Part shown: positions 1 through 8,465 of the stretch, in pieces
Numbering within the stretch: the first letter of the stretch is position 1
How the letters are laid out: each line of letters opens with the position of its first letter
Assembly (NCBI GenBank): GCA_963748015.1
Contig: CAVVHE010000004.1
Location: 288,001-352,000 of the forward strand
Length of the DNA: 64,000 nucleotides
Direction of reading: 5' to 3'
Source of the DNA: Terriglobia bacterium
GTDB taxonomy: Bacteria > Acidobacteriota > Polarisedimenticolia > Polarisedimenticolales > JAIQFR01
Notes under the pieces: model-generated
What the model was told of the DNA's origin: nothing
The model's input: only the letters and a program-made list of their open reading frames with translations
The model's database searches: none
Program-made: the position numbers and the translations under genes

Positions 1-45
1 GAACTCGTCGTCCACTACCAGGATGCTGGCGTCCTCTCGTTTCAT
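1..45 (-). CDS. Response regulator N-terminus (partial; runs off the left edge), probably NtrC-family
   Basis: Minus strand reads MKREDASILVVDDEF, a receiver-domain start motif, with a GAGG RBS upstream. It lies directly downstream of the histidine kinase. Confidence 0.75.
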   Translation of the reverse strand, partial: MKREDASILVVDDEF

Positions 46-203
46 GCGCGCGACCTCTTCCTTTCTCGCGAACGGGACCACGGCGCGCCCGCGCCTCGGA
101 GCGGCGGCGCCGGATACGGGGCCCGGGGGCGACGGCGGAGTCCTCAGGATAGCGCGGGTGCGGGGCTCCGCCGGCGAGCCGGCTCCCGTCCCGCCGCCGG
201 CGG

Positions 204-1871
204 TCACGCCTGCCTCCCGCCCGGACCGGCCTCGGCGGTCTCGGGCGCCACCGGCTTCCTGGGGAAGCGCAGCGTGAACGTCGTGCCCTTCCCGATCGCG
301 GAGTCCACGTCGACGCGCCCCGCGTGGCGCTGCACGATGCCGTAGACCACGGAGAGGCCGAGCCCCACCCCGGTGCCTCCCTCCTTGGTGGAGAAGAACG
401 GCTCGAAGACGTGGGTGAGGACCTCCGGCGGGATCCCGACCCCCGTGTCCGCCACCTGGATTCGCACCGCGTCCGCGTCCCCTTCCGCGCGGAGCGTCAA
501 GGTGCCCCCCTGGGGCATCGCCTCCACGGCGTTGACGAGCAGCGCCAGGACCGCCTGCTGGAGCTGGTCGGCGTCGCAGACGACCTGGTCGTCCCCCGCG
601 CAGGGAACGCTTTCGAGCCGGATCCCCTTCATCTCGACATGGTGGCGGATCAGCATGGCGGCGCGGTCGAGGATCGGGTTCACGCGCTGCAGCGCGAACT
701 CGCCGCCGGAGACCCGGGCGAAGGTCAACAGGTTGCGGACGATGTCGCCGCAGCGGCGGGACTCCTTCTGGATCAGGTCGAGGTATCGCGCGATCTCGTC
801 CCGCTCGCCCGGGGCGAACCCCTCGTCGCCGAGGCTTCGCCCGATCAGCTTGGCGTAGGTCAGGATCCCCGCGAGCGGGTTGTTCAGCTCGTGCGCGACC
901 GTGGCCGAGAGCTTCCCCAGCGAGGCCATCTTCTCCATCTGGACGATCTGCTGGTGGGCGTGGCCGAGCTCGTCCGTCTTCTCGACCACCTTCTTCTCGA
1001 GCCTCTCCGACCACGCGGTCAGCTCGCGGCGCGCCAGCCGGAGGTCGTCCGTCATCGAGTTGAAGCTCACCGCGAGCTGGCCGATCTGGTTCCGCGTGCC
1101 CACGTCGATCCGCGTGTCCAGGTCTCCGCGCGCGACGCGCTCCGTTCCCGCGATCAGCCTCCGGACCGGCACGCGGACCACGCGGTAGATGAAGAGGCCC
1201 GAGGAGGCGCCGATCACCGCGACCATCAGGAGGCTCGCGAGCATGAGGTTCCGGTTCATCGCCCGCATCCGCTCGTCGGCGGAGGAGAGCGACATCATCA
1301 CGTCGAGGACCCCGAGGATGGTCTGGTCCTTCCGATGCGCGTGGCAGGCCGCGTCGGAGCACTCCGGCTGGTTCTCGATCGGGCTGATGAGCCCGAGGAC
1401 CCGCCCCCCGTCCGCGTTCTGGTACACGCGCGTGCGGTTCTTCGTCGGGACCGAATGGAGCGGCTGGGCCCGGTCATGGCAGACGACGCACGCATCCGCC
1501 TGGAGATCCACGCTCCGGCCGATCTCGGCGGGATCGGCGGAGAAGATGATCACGCCCCGCTTGTCGTAGATCCTCACCCCGGCGACGTCCGGGGTCTGGG
1601 CGATCTTCGCGATGGTGCGGTGGATCTCCTCCTTCCGGTTGAGGAGCATCCCGAAGTAGGTGCCCTTCTTGATGAGCTCGCTGGTTCGGCTCGCGCTCTG
1701 CTCCAGGAAGTCCATCCACTGGGTCGACGTGGAGCGCGCGCCCACGAACGCCTGCAGGACGCCCCCAGCGACGACGACGCCGAAGAGGAGCAGGAACAGC
1801 CGCAAGCTCACGGAGTTGTAGAGCCGCGAGAGGCGGCCGGGAGGCGCAACGGCTTGGCTAGGCTCGGGCAT
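204..1871 (-). CDS. HAMP sensor histidine kinase with periplasmic c-type heme motifs
   Basis: Two TM helices, HAMP, H-box VAHELNNPL, N-box, DTGVG and GTGVGLGL. The periplasmic loop has CVVCH and CSDAACH. Confidence 0.92.
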   Translation of the reverse strand: MPEPSQAVAPPGRLSRLYNSVSLRLFLLLFGVVVAGGVLQAFVGARSTSTQWMDFLEQSASRTSELIKKGTYFGMLLNRKEEIHRTIAKIAQTPDVAGVRIYDKRGVIIFSADPAEIGRSVDLQADACVVCHDRAQPLHSVPTKNRTRVYQNADGGRVLGLISPIENQPECSDAACHAHRKDQTILGVLDVMMSLSSADERMRAMNRNLMLASLLMVAVIGASSGLFIYRVVRVPVRRLIAGTERVARGDLDTRIDVGTRNQIGQLAVSFNSMTDDLRLARRELTAWSERLEKKVVEKTDELGHAHQQIVQMEKMASLGKLSATVAHELNNPLAGILTYAKLIGRSLGDEGFAPGERDEIARYLDLIQKESRRCGDIVRNLLTFARVSGGEFALQRVNPILDRAAMLIRHHVEMKGIRLESVPCAGDDQVVCDADQLQQAVLALLVNAVEAMPQGGTLTLRAEGDADAVRIQVADTGVGIPPEVLTHVFEPFFSTKEGGTGVGLGLSVVYGIVQRHAGRVDVDSAIGKGTTFTLRFPRKPVAPETAEAGPGGRQA

Positions 1872-1973
1872 CCCGCTGTATCGTCCGTCCGTCCCGCGCT
1901 TGGGACGTCATTCTCGCACAGAACGCCGCGGACCCCCAAGATCCCGCCGCGCGAATCCGGCGGCTCGTCCGGT

Positions 1974-2720
1974 TCACCCGATGAGGCGCGCGACGATGCC
2001 GTAGTAGGCGGTCGAGCCGAGCATGCGCCGGAGGTCCTGCGCCGGCTCGCCCCCGTCGGCCAGGGTCGGGCCGACCGTGCGGCCGTGCTCGTCCCCGGCC
2101 GCGCCGAGCGAGAGATCCCGCAGCCGGTCCGCGCCCGCGCGGGCGCGCTCCCGGATCTCGGCGGCGGTGAGCAGCCCGCCGACCGCGTCTTCCGCGTTCT
2201 CGCAGGCGATCTCGAGAAGCCATCCCTCGTCGTAGGGCGACTCGGCGGCCAGGGCGGGGGAGCCGCGCAGGCGGGGATTCTGGCGAACGACCGTTCCGGA
2301 AACCGGGCTCTTGAGCGACAGCGTGACGGCCTCGTCGGTCACCCAGCAGCCGGCGTGTCCCTTCTCGACGCGCCCGCCGGCGGCGGGAAGCACGACCTCC
2401 GAGATGTGGCGGAGCAGGCGGGCGGCGAAGGCGTCGAGGCCGATCCGGATGCGGCGGTCGCCGGTCACCCCGGCCCAGGTGTGCCCTTCGCCGTAGCGGC
2501 GGTCTTCCGGGAAATCGGCGCCGGCGAGAGGGGCGGCGCTCTCGGCCCCGACCGCCGGGGACCCCTGGCCGCGAAGGCATGCGTCGAGGGGGCACTCCTC
2601 GCAGCGGAATCCGCGGTCGCACAGCTTGTAGGCGATCTGTCCCGCGGACATCCACACGCAGGGCTCCGCGTCGTCCCTCAGGAGCTGTCGTAGCGGTCGG
2701 TCGTTCTTGGGGTCGCTCAT
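1974..2720 (-). CDS. GcvH-like protein with N-terminal Cys-rich domain, no lipoyl Lys
   Basis: GcvH-fold motifs (GHTW, RIGLDAFA, SPVSGTV, PYDEGWL). The N-terminus is CVWMxAG...CDRxFxCEECPLD. The start may instead be 2738. Confidence 0.8.
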   Translation of the reverse strand: MSDPKNDRPLRQLLRDDAEPCVWMSAGQIAYKLCDRGFRCEECPLDACLRGQGSPAVGAESAAPLAGADFPEDRRYGEGHTWAGVTGDRRIRIGLDAFAARLLRHISEVVLPAAGGRVEKGHAGCWVTDEAVTLSLKSPVSGTVVRQNPRLRGSPALAAESPYDEGWLLEIACENAEDAVGGLLTAAEIRERARAGADRLRDLSLGAAGDEHGRTVGPTLADGGEPAQDLRRMLGSTAYYGIVARLIG

Positions 2721-2751
2721 GATGTGCTCTCCCCGCATGCCGTTGCGACGG

Positions 2752-4383
2752 TTACCGGTGACAGGCGGAGCAATCGTCCTGCACGGAGAAAGCCGTCTTC
2801 CCGTTGTGGCAGGACGCGCAAAGGTCGCCCTCGTGAATCCGCTTCTGCGAGAGCTCGCCGACGACCGGCTTCCCGGCCTCCGTCAGACGGAACGGCCCGT
2901 TGTGGCAGGCGCCGCACTTGGGGTTCTTCGAATCCACGTGGCTCCGGTGGCTGAAGGTCACGCCGCCAGGACTCTCGCTCCCCTTCGGGAAGGCGTAGTC
3001 CTCGGGCAGCGTGAGCTCGGCGGTCCGGACCACCGGCGGCAAGCCGGCGGTCGCGAGCTCGGGCGGCGCGGCGGGGCGGCTCGCGTTGCGGCTGTACCCG
3101 ACCGCCAGGAACCCGGCGAGGAGGAGCACCCAGAGGCCCGCGAGCACCCGCTTCCCGAAGGCGGGCTGGGTCCGGCTGAGGATGCGGGAGGCCGCGGCAC
3201 GGTCGATGACCAGGGCCTGCCCGTCCTTCCCGTGGACGACGACGGCGGCGTCCTCGGCCCAGGGCTCCTTCGCCTCGGGGAACACCGGGAGGTACTTGAC
3301 CGCGAGCGAGAACAGGGTGAATCCGGCCCCGACGATGGAGAGGGTGACGAAGACCTCGAGGACCGACGGGAAGTAGTTTACGCCGGAAGAGGCCGCCATG
3401 CCGGTGATCGCGACGTTCAGGCGGTTCACGATGAACCCCATGATCGTCAGGACGGCCGCGAAGAAGAGGCCGTTCTCGTTCCGGCGGACCTTCGGGATCG
3501 CGAACAGGATCATCGGGAGGATGACGCCGAGTCCGACCTCGCCCCAGAACATCACGCTCTCGGGGGTCACCTCGAACACCTTGCCGAGGTTGCCGCGAAC
3601 GAAGAGGTCCTGGGCCTTCCAGACCGCGTAGACCCCGAGCACCACCACCGAGACGCGTCCGAGTCCCTGGAGCAGGTCGGCCTCGAGGCGCTTGCCGAAC
3701 GCCCGGTAGCTCATGTACGACTCGAAGATCGTCATCGACAGGCCGCCGGCGATCGCCGAGATGAAGAAGAAGACCGGGAGGAAGGGGGTGTACCACAGGC
3801 CGTGCAGCTTGTCGGCCGCGATGACGTAAAGGGTGCCCAGCGAGGACTGGTGCATGGTCGAGAGGAGCACGCCGAGGATGACGAGCGGGACGTAGATCCT
3901 CCGGATGACCCGGAGCGGGAGATGCCAGCCGAACCGCTCGAACACGAGCGGGCTGAACTCGAGGGCGAGCACGGTGGTGTACAGCATCACGCACCAGCCC
4001 ACCTCGAACATCACGGAGTGGGGGTTCCACATGATGATCGGGTGCCAGATGTTCCACGGCCGCCCGAGGTCGAACAGCAGCGCCACGATCACGAGGAGGT
4101 AGCCGAGAAAGGCGGTGAGGATCGTCGGTCGCGCGATCTCCTCGTACTTCTCCATCCGGAAGACGTGAACCGTGGCCGCCACGACGAATCCGCCGGCGGC
4201 CAGGCCGACGCCGACGAGCATGTCGAAGCCGATCCACAGCCCCCAGGGAAACGCGTCGGAGAGGTTCGTGCTCGCCCCGAGCCCGAAGTAGAACCGGACG
4301 AAGGCGGCGTACGCCCCCCCGGCGAGGACCAGTCCCAGCAGGACCTTCCAGAACGTCAGCTTGCCGATGAAGTTCTTGATCAT
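2752..4383 (-). CDS. HybB/NrfD-family membrane subunit fused to C-terminal triheme c7-type cytochrome
   Basis: PWGLWIGFD, DLGRPW, SVMFEV and STMHQSSLG motifs. The C-terminus has FSHRSH, CGACH, CASCH and CSACH. GAGGA RBS precedes ATG 4383. Confidence 0.88.
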   Translation of the reverse strand: MIKNFIGKLTFWKVLLGLVLAGGAYAAFVRFYFGLGASTNLSDAFPWGLWIGFDMLVGVGLAAGGFVVAATVHVFRMEKYEEIARPTILTAFLGYLLVIVALLFDLGRPWNIWHPIIMWNPHSVMFEVGWCVMLYTTVLALEFSPLVFERFGWHLPLRVIRRIYVPLVILGVLLSTMHQSSLGTLYVIAADKLHGLWYTPFLPVFFFISAIAGGLSMTIFESYMSYRAFGKRLEADLLQGLGRVSVVVLGVYAVWKAQDLFVRGNLGKVFEVTPESVMFWGEVGLGVILPMILFAIPKVRRNENGLFFAAVLTIMGFIVNRLNVAITGMAASSGVNYFPSVLEVFVTLSIVGAGFTLFSLAVKYLPVFPEAKEPWAEDAAVVVHGKDGQALVIDRAAASRILSRTQPAFGKRVLAGLWVLLLAGFLAVGYSRNASRPAAPPELATAGLPPVVRTAELTLPEDYAFPKGSESPGGVTFSHRSHVDSKNPKCGACHNGPFRLTEAGKPVVGELSQKRIHEGDLCASCHNGKTAFSVQDDCSACHR

Positions 4384-4420
4384 GATCGTTCGCTTCCTCG
4401 AAGGGTTGGAGTTCCCCGCT

Positions 4421-5197
4421 CTATTCCGACGCCTTGCCCTGGCCGCCGTGGCCGTGACCATGGCCTTTCCCCTCGTGTCCGGCGACATCATCCCGGCGGT
4501 TCGTGATCCACCAGATGCCGAACAGCGTGACGCCCCAGATGCTGATGACCTGGGGGAGCTTGGACAGGACGTTCCAGGTCAGCTTCGGATAGGGGTCCTC
4601 CTTGACGTCGGTCCGGAACCCCAGCTTCGAGAACGGCACGTCGCTGATGTACAGGACGGAGGTGCCGCCGGCCTCCGTCAGGCCGTAAACGTGGTCGACG
4701 TAACGGCCGGGCTCCGCCTTGAGCCGGCGCCGCGCCTCGAGAATCAGCGCGTCCCGCTCGCCGAAGATCGTGGCGCCGGTCGGGCACGCCGACGTGCACG
4801 CGGGCTCCTTCCCGTCCTTCACCCGACGGTCGAAGCACAGGATGCACTTGCGGACGAGAGGGAGTGCCTTGTCCCACTCGTACTTCGGGATCCCGAACGG
4901 GCACCCGATCATGCAGTAGCGGCACCCCATGCAGCGCTCCGGCAGGTAGACGACGGGTCCCTGCGGGGTCTTCTGGAACGCGGCGACCGGACAGACCGAC
5001 GCGCACGCCGGGTCCTCGCAGTGCATGCAGTGGCGTCTAACGTTCGTGCCGCCGTGCCGCTCGATCGCGGTCCACGTCGTGCCCGAGAGCGACTTGGCGT
5101 GGTCGTCCCGGGGCAGCTCGTTGATGTCCTTGCACGCCCAGACGCACGCCTCGCATCCCACGCACTTCGTCAAGTCCGTCAGGATCCCTACCTTCAT
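4421..5197 (-). CDS. HybA/FdnH-like multi-[4Fe-4S] ferredoxin subunit with C-terminal TM anchor
   Basis: CVGCEACVWAC, CMHCEDPACASVCP, CMGCRYCMIGCP, KCILC...PACTSACP, YGLTEAGGT and a C-terminal TM helix. Confidence 0.9.
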   Translation of the reverse strand: MKVGILTDLTKCVGCEACVWACKDINELPRDDHAKSLSGTTWTAIERHGGTNVRRHCMHCEDPACASVCPVAAFQKTPQGPVVYLPERCMGCRYCMIGCPFGIPKYEWDKALPLVRKCILCFDRRVKDGKEPACTSACPTGATIFGERDALILEARRRLKAEPGRYVDHVYGLTEAGGTSVLYISDVPFSKLGFRTDVKEDPYPKLTWNVLSKLPQVISIWGVTLFGIWWITNRRDDVAGHEGKGHGHGHGGQGKASE

Positions 5198-5263
5198 CTC
5201 GGCCTCCGTGAGAGTTTCTTGGCACCCGCTTGCCGGGGGCTTCCGTCCGATTCCGATTCCGCG

Positions 5264-5974
5264 CTACGACCGGGTCGGGAAGATCTCCTCCACGAGCTGG
5301 TTCCAGCGCGCTTCGTCGAGGTGGTCGGTCAGTCCCTCGATCGGGGCGCCGCCGTCCTGGAGCGTGGCGCCGACGAGCTGGGCGTCCGCCGACCCCGCCG
5401 CCACGAAATCGCGCAGCCTCTGGAGCTGTCCGCGCGCCCACGCGGTGGCCTCTTCCGCCACGAACATGCGCTTCAAGGCGGCGGAGAGGTCGCGCGGCGC
5501 GAGCCACAGCAGCCATCCCTGCCCGTAGGGGTCGTCCTGGATCCGCTCGGGCGTGGACTGCGCCACCGCGTTCACGCGGGTCACGACGCCGTCGACCGGC
5601 GAGCGGAGCGTGAGCGAGCGGGTGCCGCGGGTGAGGGTGGCGATCGGGTCGCCGCGACGCACCTCGGTGCCTTCCATCCTGAGCTCGATCCGGTCGGGCC
5701 GGCCGAGAAGGGCGGCGGGAATCATGTCCACGCCCATGCGCAGCGCGCCGGAGGGCTCGAGCTGGCACCACACGTGGCCGGGATCCACGAACACGCCGCT
5801 CGGAATCCGGTCGATCGGGACCGGGCTCCGGGTGGCGGACGCCTGAGCCGCGTGGGCCGGGACCCACTGCGCGACCTCGGCGGTGGCCTTGGCCTTCTTG
5901 AGCTCGGCGTGCTGGACGAAATAGTCGATGGTGAGAAGGGCGATGATGGTGAGCAGAACAAAGAGCGCGACCAT
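5264..5974 (-). CDS. Membrane-anchored GcvH-like protein, no lipoyl Lys
   Basis: N-terminal hydrophobic helix; GHVW, MGVD, SPVDGVV and DPYGQGWL motifs; GGAGG RBS. Confidence 0.82.
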   Translation of the reverse strand: MVALFVLLTIIALLTIDYFVQHAELKKAKATAEVAQWVPAHAAQASATRSPVPIDRIPSGVFVDPGHVWCQLEPSGALRMGVDMIPAALLGRPDRIELRMEGTEVRRGDPIATLTRGTRSLTLRSPVDGVVTRVNAVAQSTPERIQDDPYGQGWLLWLAPRDLSAALKRMFVAEEATAWARGQLQRLRDFVAAGSADAQLVGATLQDGGAPIEGLTDHLDEARWNQLVEEIFPTRS

Positions 5975-6027
5975 GGCGGGCCTCCTTCAAGCTGGTGGTT
6001 GCTTCATCCTCACGCTCTCCTATAAGG

Positions 6028-6043
6028 GCAAGAGGCGGGCCAA
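6028..6043 (-). promoter_or_regulatory. Sigma54 -24/-12 promoter
   Basis: Minus strand TTGGCCCGCCTCTTGC has the GG-N10-GC spacing with TTGC. It lies ~55 bp upstream of the first gene of the operon. Confidence 0.75.
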
Positions 6044-6152
6044 GATGGGCGCTCTTCAATACCTTCTTTATCTCAATACTGTAAGTCTTGGTACAGCACA
6101 ATATCACAACACTGGAAAGTCCAAAGAAGGTGGACCCATCAACGGAACGCTT

Positions 6153-6169
6153 TGTCGAAAGTGTTGACA
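6153..6169. promoter_or_regulatory. Putative upstream activator site (dyad)
   Basis: TGTCGA-AAGTG-TTGACA is a near-perfect inverted repeat ~110 bp upstream of the -24 element, across an AT-rich spacer. Confidence 0.5.
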
Positions 6170-6394
6170 CCCATAGACGCAGATCGCCCGCGGCGAGAAG
6201 AAAACGAGCGTAAGTGCTCTGTAAAGCTGCACTTGCCCGCGAGTTGAGAGAATCAACGCCAAAGTTGCGAAGTTCTACAGCGAATCTGCCGGAGGGCAGG
6301 ACTCTCTCCACGTCGAGCCCTTCGCGAGCGTTGTGGGAGCGGAGCCTACTGATCGGGCGGGGTCGGACGGCGCGCGAGACTCAAGCGGCGGGAA

Positions 6395-6724
6395 TCAGTA
6401 GAACCCGAGCCGGAGCTTCGCTTCCTCGGACATCATGTCCTTGTGCCACATCGGCTCCCAGACCAGCTCGACGCGAGCTTCTCGGACCCCGGGCACCTCG
6501 AGGATGCGGGCCTCGACCTCGGACGGCAGGGATCCCGCGACGGGACACCCCGGGGCGGTCAGGGTCATCTTGACGTCGACCTTCCCCTCGGGGGAGATCT
6601 CGACGCTGTAGATCAGCCCGAGCTCCCAGATATCGACCGGGATCTCGGGGTCGAACACGGTCTTGAGCGCGGCGACGACGCTCCGCTCGAGCTCTTTCGG
6701 ATCGGGAACGGGTTCGGTCGACAT
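6395..6724 (-). CDS. sufT: SufT/DUF59 Fe-S cluster assembly protein
   Basis: DPEIPVDIWELGLIY, MTLTAPGCPVAG and MSEEAKL motifs; last gene of the suf operon. Confidence 0.9.
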   Translation of the reverse strand: MSTEPVPDPKELERSVVAALKTVFDPEIPVDIWELGLIYSVEISPEGKVDVKMTLTAPGCPVAGSLPSEVEARILEVPGVREARVELVWEPMWHKDMMSEEAKLRLGFY

Positions 6725-6762
6725 CCGATGAACCTCCGGAGCGCCGCGGCGGCCGCCGGCGA

Positions 6763-7212
6763 TCACTCCGCGACGGCCTCGCCGGTGTCGGCGAGGGCCG
6801 AGCGGAGGGTGTGCCACGCGAGGACCGCGCACTTCACCCGCATGGGGAACTCGCGCACGCCCGCGAACACGGCGAGCTTGCCGAGCCCGGAAGGCGGGGC
6901 CGAGGGCTCCTCGGCCGACGTCATCATCTCGTGGAAGCGGGAGAACAGCTGCTCCACGTCCGCGACCGTTCTTCCCTTGAGGGTCTCCGTCATCATGGAG
7001 GCGGACGCCGTGGAGATCGCGCACCCCGAGCCCTGGAACGACGCCTCGGCAACCACGCCGTCGCGGACCAGGAGGTAGACGGTCACCTTGTCCCCGCACA
7101 GCGGGTTGTACCCCTCCGCGTGCCGGTTGGCGCCTTCCATCTTCTTGAAGTTGCGCGGCCGCTTGCTGTGGTCGAGGATCACTTCCTGGTACAGGTCGCG
7201 AAGGTCGGACAT
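6763..7212 (-). CDS. sufU: SufU (NifU/IscU-like) sulfur transfer protein
   Basis: LYQEVILDH, NPLCGD, GCAISTASAS and RVKCA motifs. Confidence 0.95.
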   Translation of the reverse strand: MSDLRDLYQEVILDHSKRPRNFKKMEGANRHAEGYNPLCGDKVTVYLLVRDGVVAEASFQGSGCAISTASASMMTETLKGRTVADVEQLFSRFHEMMTSAEEPSAPPSGLGKLAVFAGVREFPMRVKCAVLAWHTLRSALADTGEAVAE

Positions 7213-8465
7213 CAGCCGAGCACCTCGAGCACCTTGCGGATGCCCTTCGCGAAGACCTCGACTTCCTCGGCCGTATTGTACAGTCCGAAAGACGCTCTTG
7301 CCGTGGCCGGGACCCCGAACCGCTCCATCACCGGCTGGGCGCAGAGGTGGCCCGCCCGGATCGCGATCCCCTCGCTGTCCATGACCGTGCCGACGTCGTG
7401 CGGGTGGATTCCCTCGATCGCGAACGAGAGGACCGAGGCCTTCTCCCGGGCCGTGCCGATGATGCGGACGCGCGGGACCGTCTCCATGAAGCGCGTGGCG
7501 CGCTCGAGGAGGTCGGCTTCGTGGGCCGCGATCGCCTCGAGCCCGATCTCCTCCACGTAGTCGATGGCGGCGCCGAGGACGACCGCGCCGCCGATGTCCG
7601 GCGTGCCCGCCTCGAACTTGTAGGGGATCTCGTTATAGGTGGTCTTCTCGAAGGTGACGCTGCGGATCATGTCGCCGCCCCCCTGGTACGGGGGCATGGC
7701 CTCGAGGAGCTCGGCCCGGCCGTAGAGCACTCCCACGCCGGTGGGGCCGTACAGCTTGTGACCCGAGAAGGCGTAGAAGTCGCAGCCGAGTTCCTGGAGG
7801 TCCACCGGCTGGTGCGCGACCGCCTGCGCGCCGTCCACCAGCACGGGCACCCCGTGGCGGTGCGCGGTCTCGACGATCCGCCGGATCGGGTTGACGGTCC
7901 CGAGGGCGTTCGACACGTGCGCGACCGCGACGATGCGGGTGCGGGGGGAGAGGAGCCGCTCGAACTCCTCGTAGATCAGCTCTCCGCGGTCGTCGATCGG
8001 GATGACCACGATGCGGCAGCCCCGCTCCTGGCAGAGGATCTGCCAGGGGACGATGTTCGAGTGATGCTCCATCCCGGAGACCAGGATCTCGTCGCCGGGG
8101 TTGACGTGGGTGCGTCCCCACGTGTGCGAGACGAGGTTGATCGCCTCGGTCGTTCCGCGCACGAACACGATCTCGCGGCTGTCCGCGGCGCCGACGAACT
8201 CCTGGACTTTCTTTCGCGCCGACTCGTACGCTTCCGTGGCCTCCTCGCTGAGCAGGTAGACGCCGCGGTGGATGTTCGAGTAGCCCGCCGCGTAGAAGTG
8301 CCCCATCGCCTCGATCACCGGGGTGGGCTTCTGCGTGCTCGCGGCGTTGTCGAGGTACACGAGGGGCTTCCCGTGCATGAGGCGCTTCAGGATCGGGAAA
8401 TCCTCGCGAATCCTCGCGACGTCGAACGCGACGCCGGCTTCGTCGGCCTTCCTGGCGGCCCTCAT
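7212..8465 (-). CDS. sufS: Cysteine desulfurase SufS
   Basis: YLDNAASTQKP, EHHSNIVPW, SGHKLYGP and RAGHLCA motifs. The start overlaps the sufD stop. Confidence 0.96.
   Translation of the reverse strand: MRAARKADEAGVAFDVARIREDFPILKRLMHGKPLVYLDNAASTQKPTPVIEAMGHFYAAGYSNIHRGVYLLSEEATEAYESARKKVQEFVGAADSREIVFVRGTTEAINLVSHTWGRTHVNPGDEILVSGMEHHSNIVPWQILCQERGCRIVVIPIDDRGELIYEEFERLLSPRTRIVAVAHVSNALGTVNPIRRIVETAHRHGVPVLVDGAQAVAHQPVDLQELGCDFYAFSGHKLYGPTGVGVLYGRAELLEAMPPYQGGGDMIRSVTFEKTTYNEIPYKFEAGTPDIGGAVVLGAAIDYVEEIGLEAIAAHEADLLERATRFMETVPRVRIIGTAREKASVLSFAIEGIHPHDVGTVMDSEGIAIRAGHLCAQPVMERFGVPATARASFGLYNTAEEVEVFAKGIRKVLEVLG

Noticed and set aside
1974..5974. Glycine cleavage system or hydrogenase-2 operon
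   Set aside because: There is no lipoyl Lys, no gcvP/T/L, and no hydrogenase subunit or maturation gene in the window.
6243..6257. FNR box
   Set aside because: The spacing is one base short of TTGAT-N4-ATCAA, so it is kept only as an unassigned dyad.
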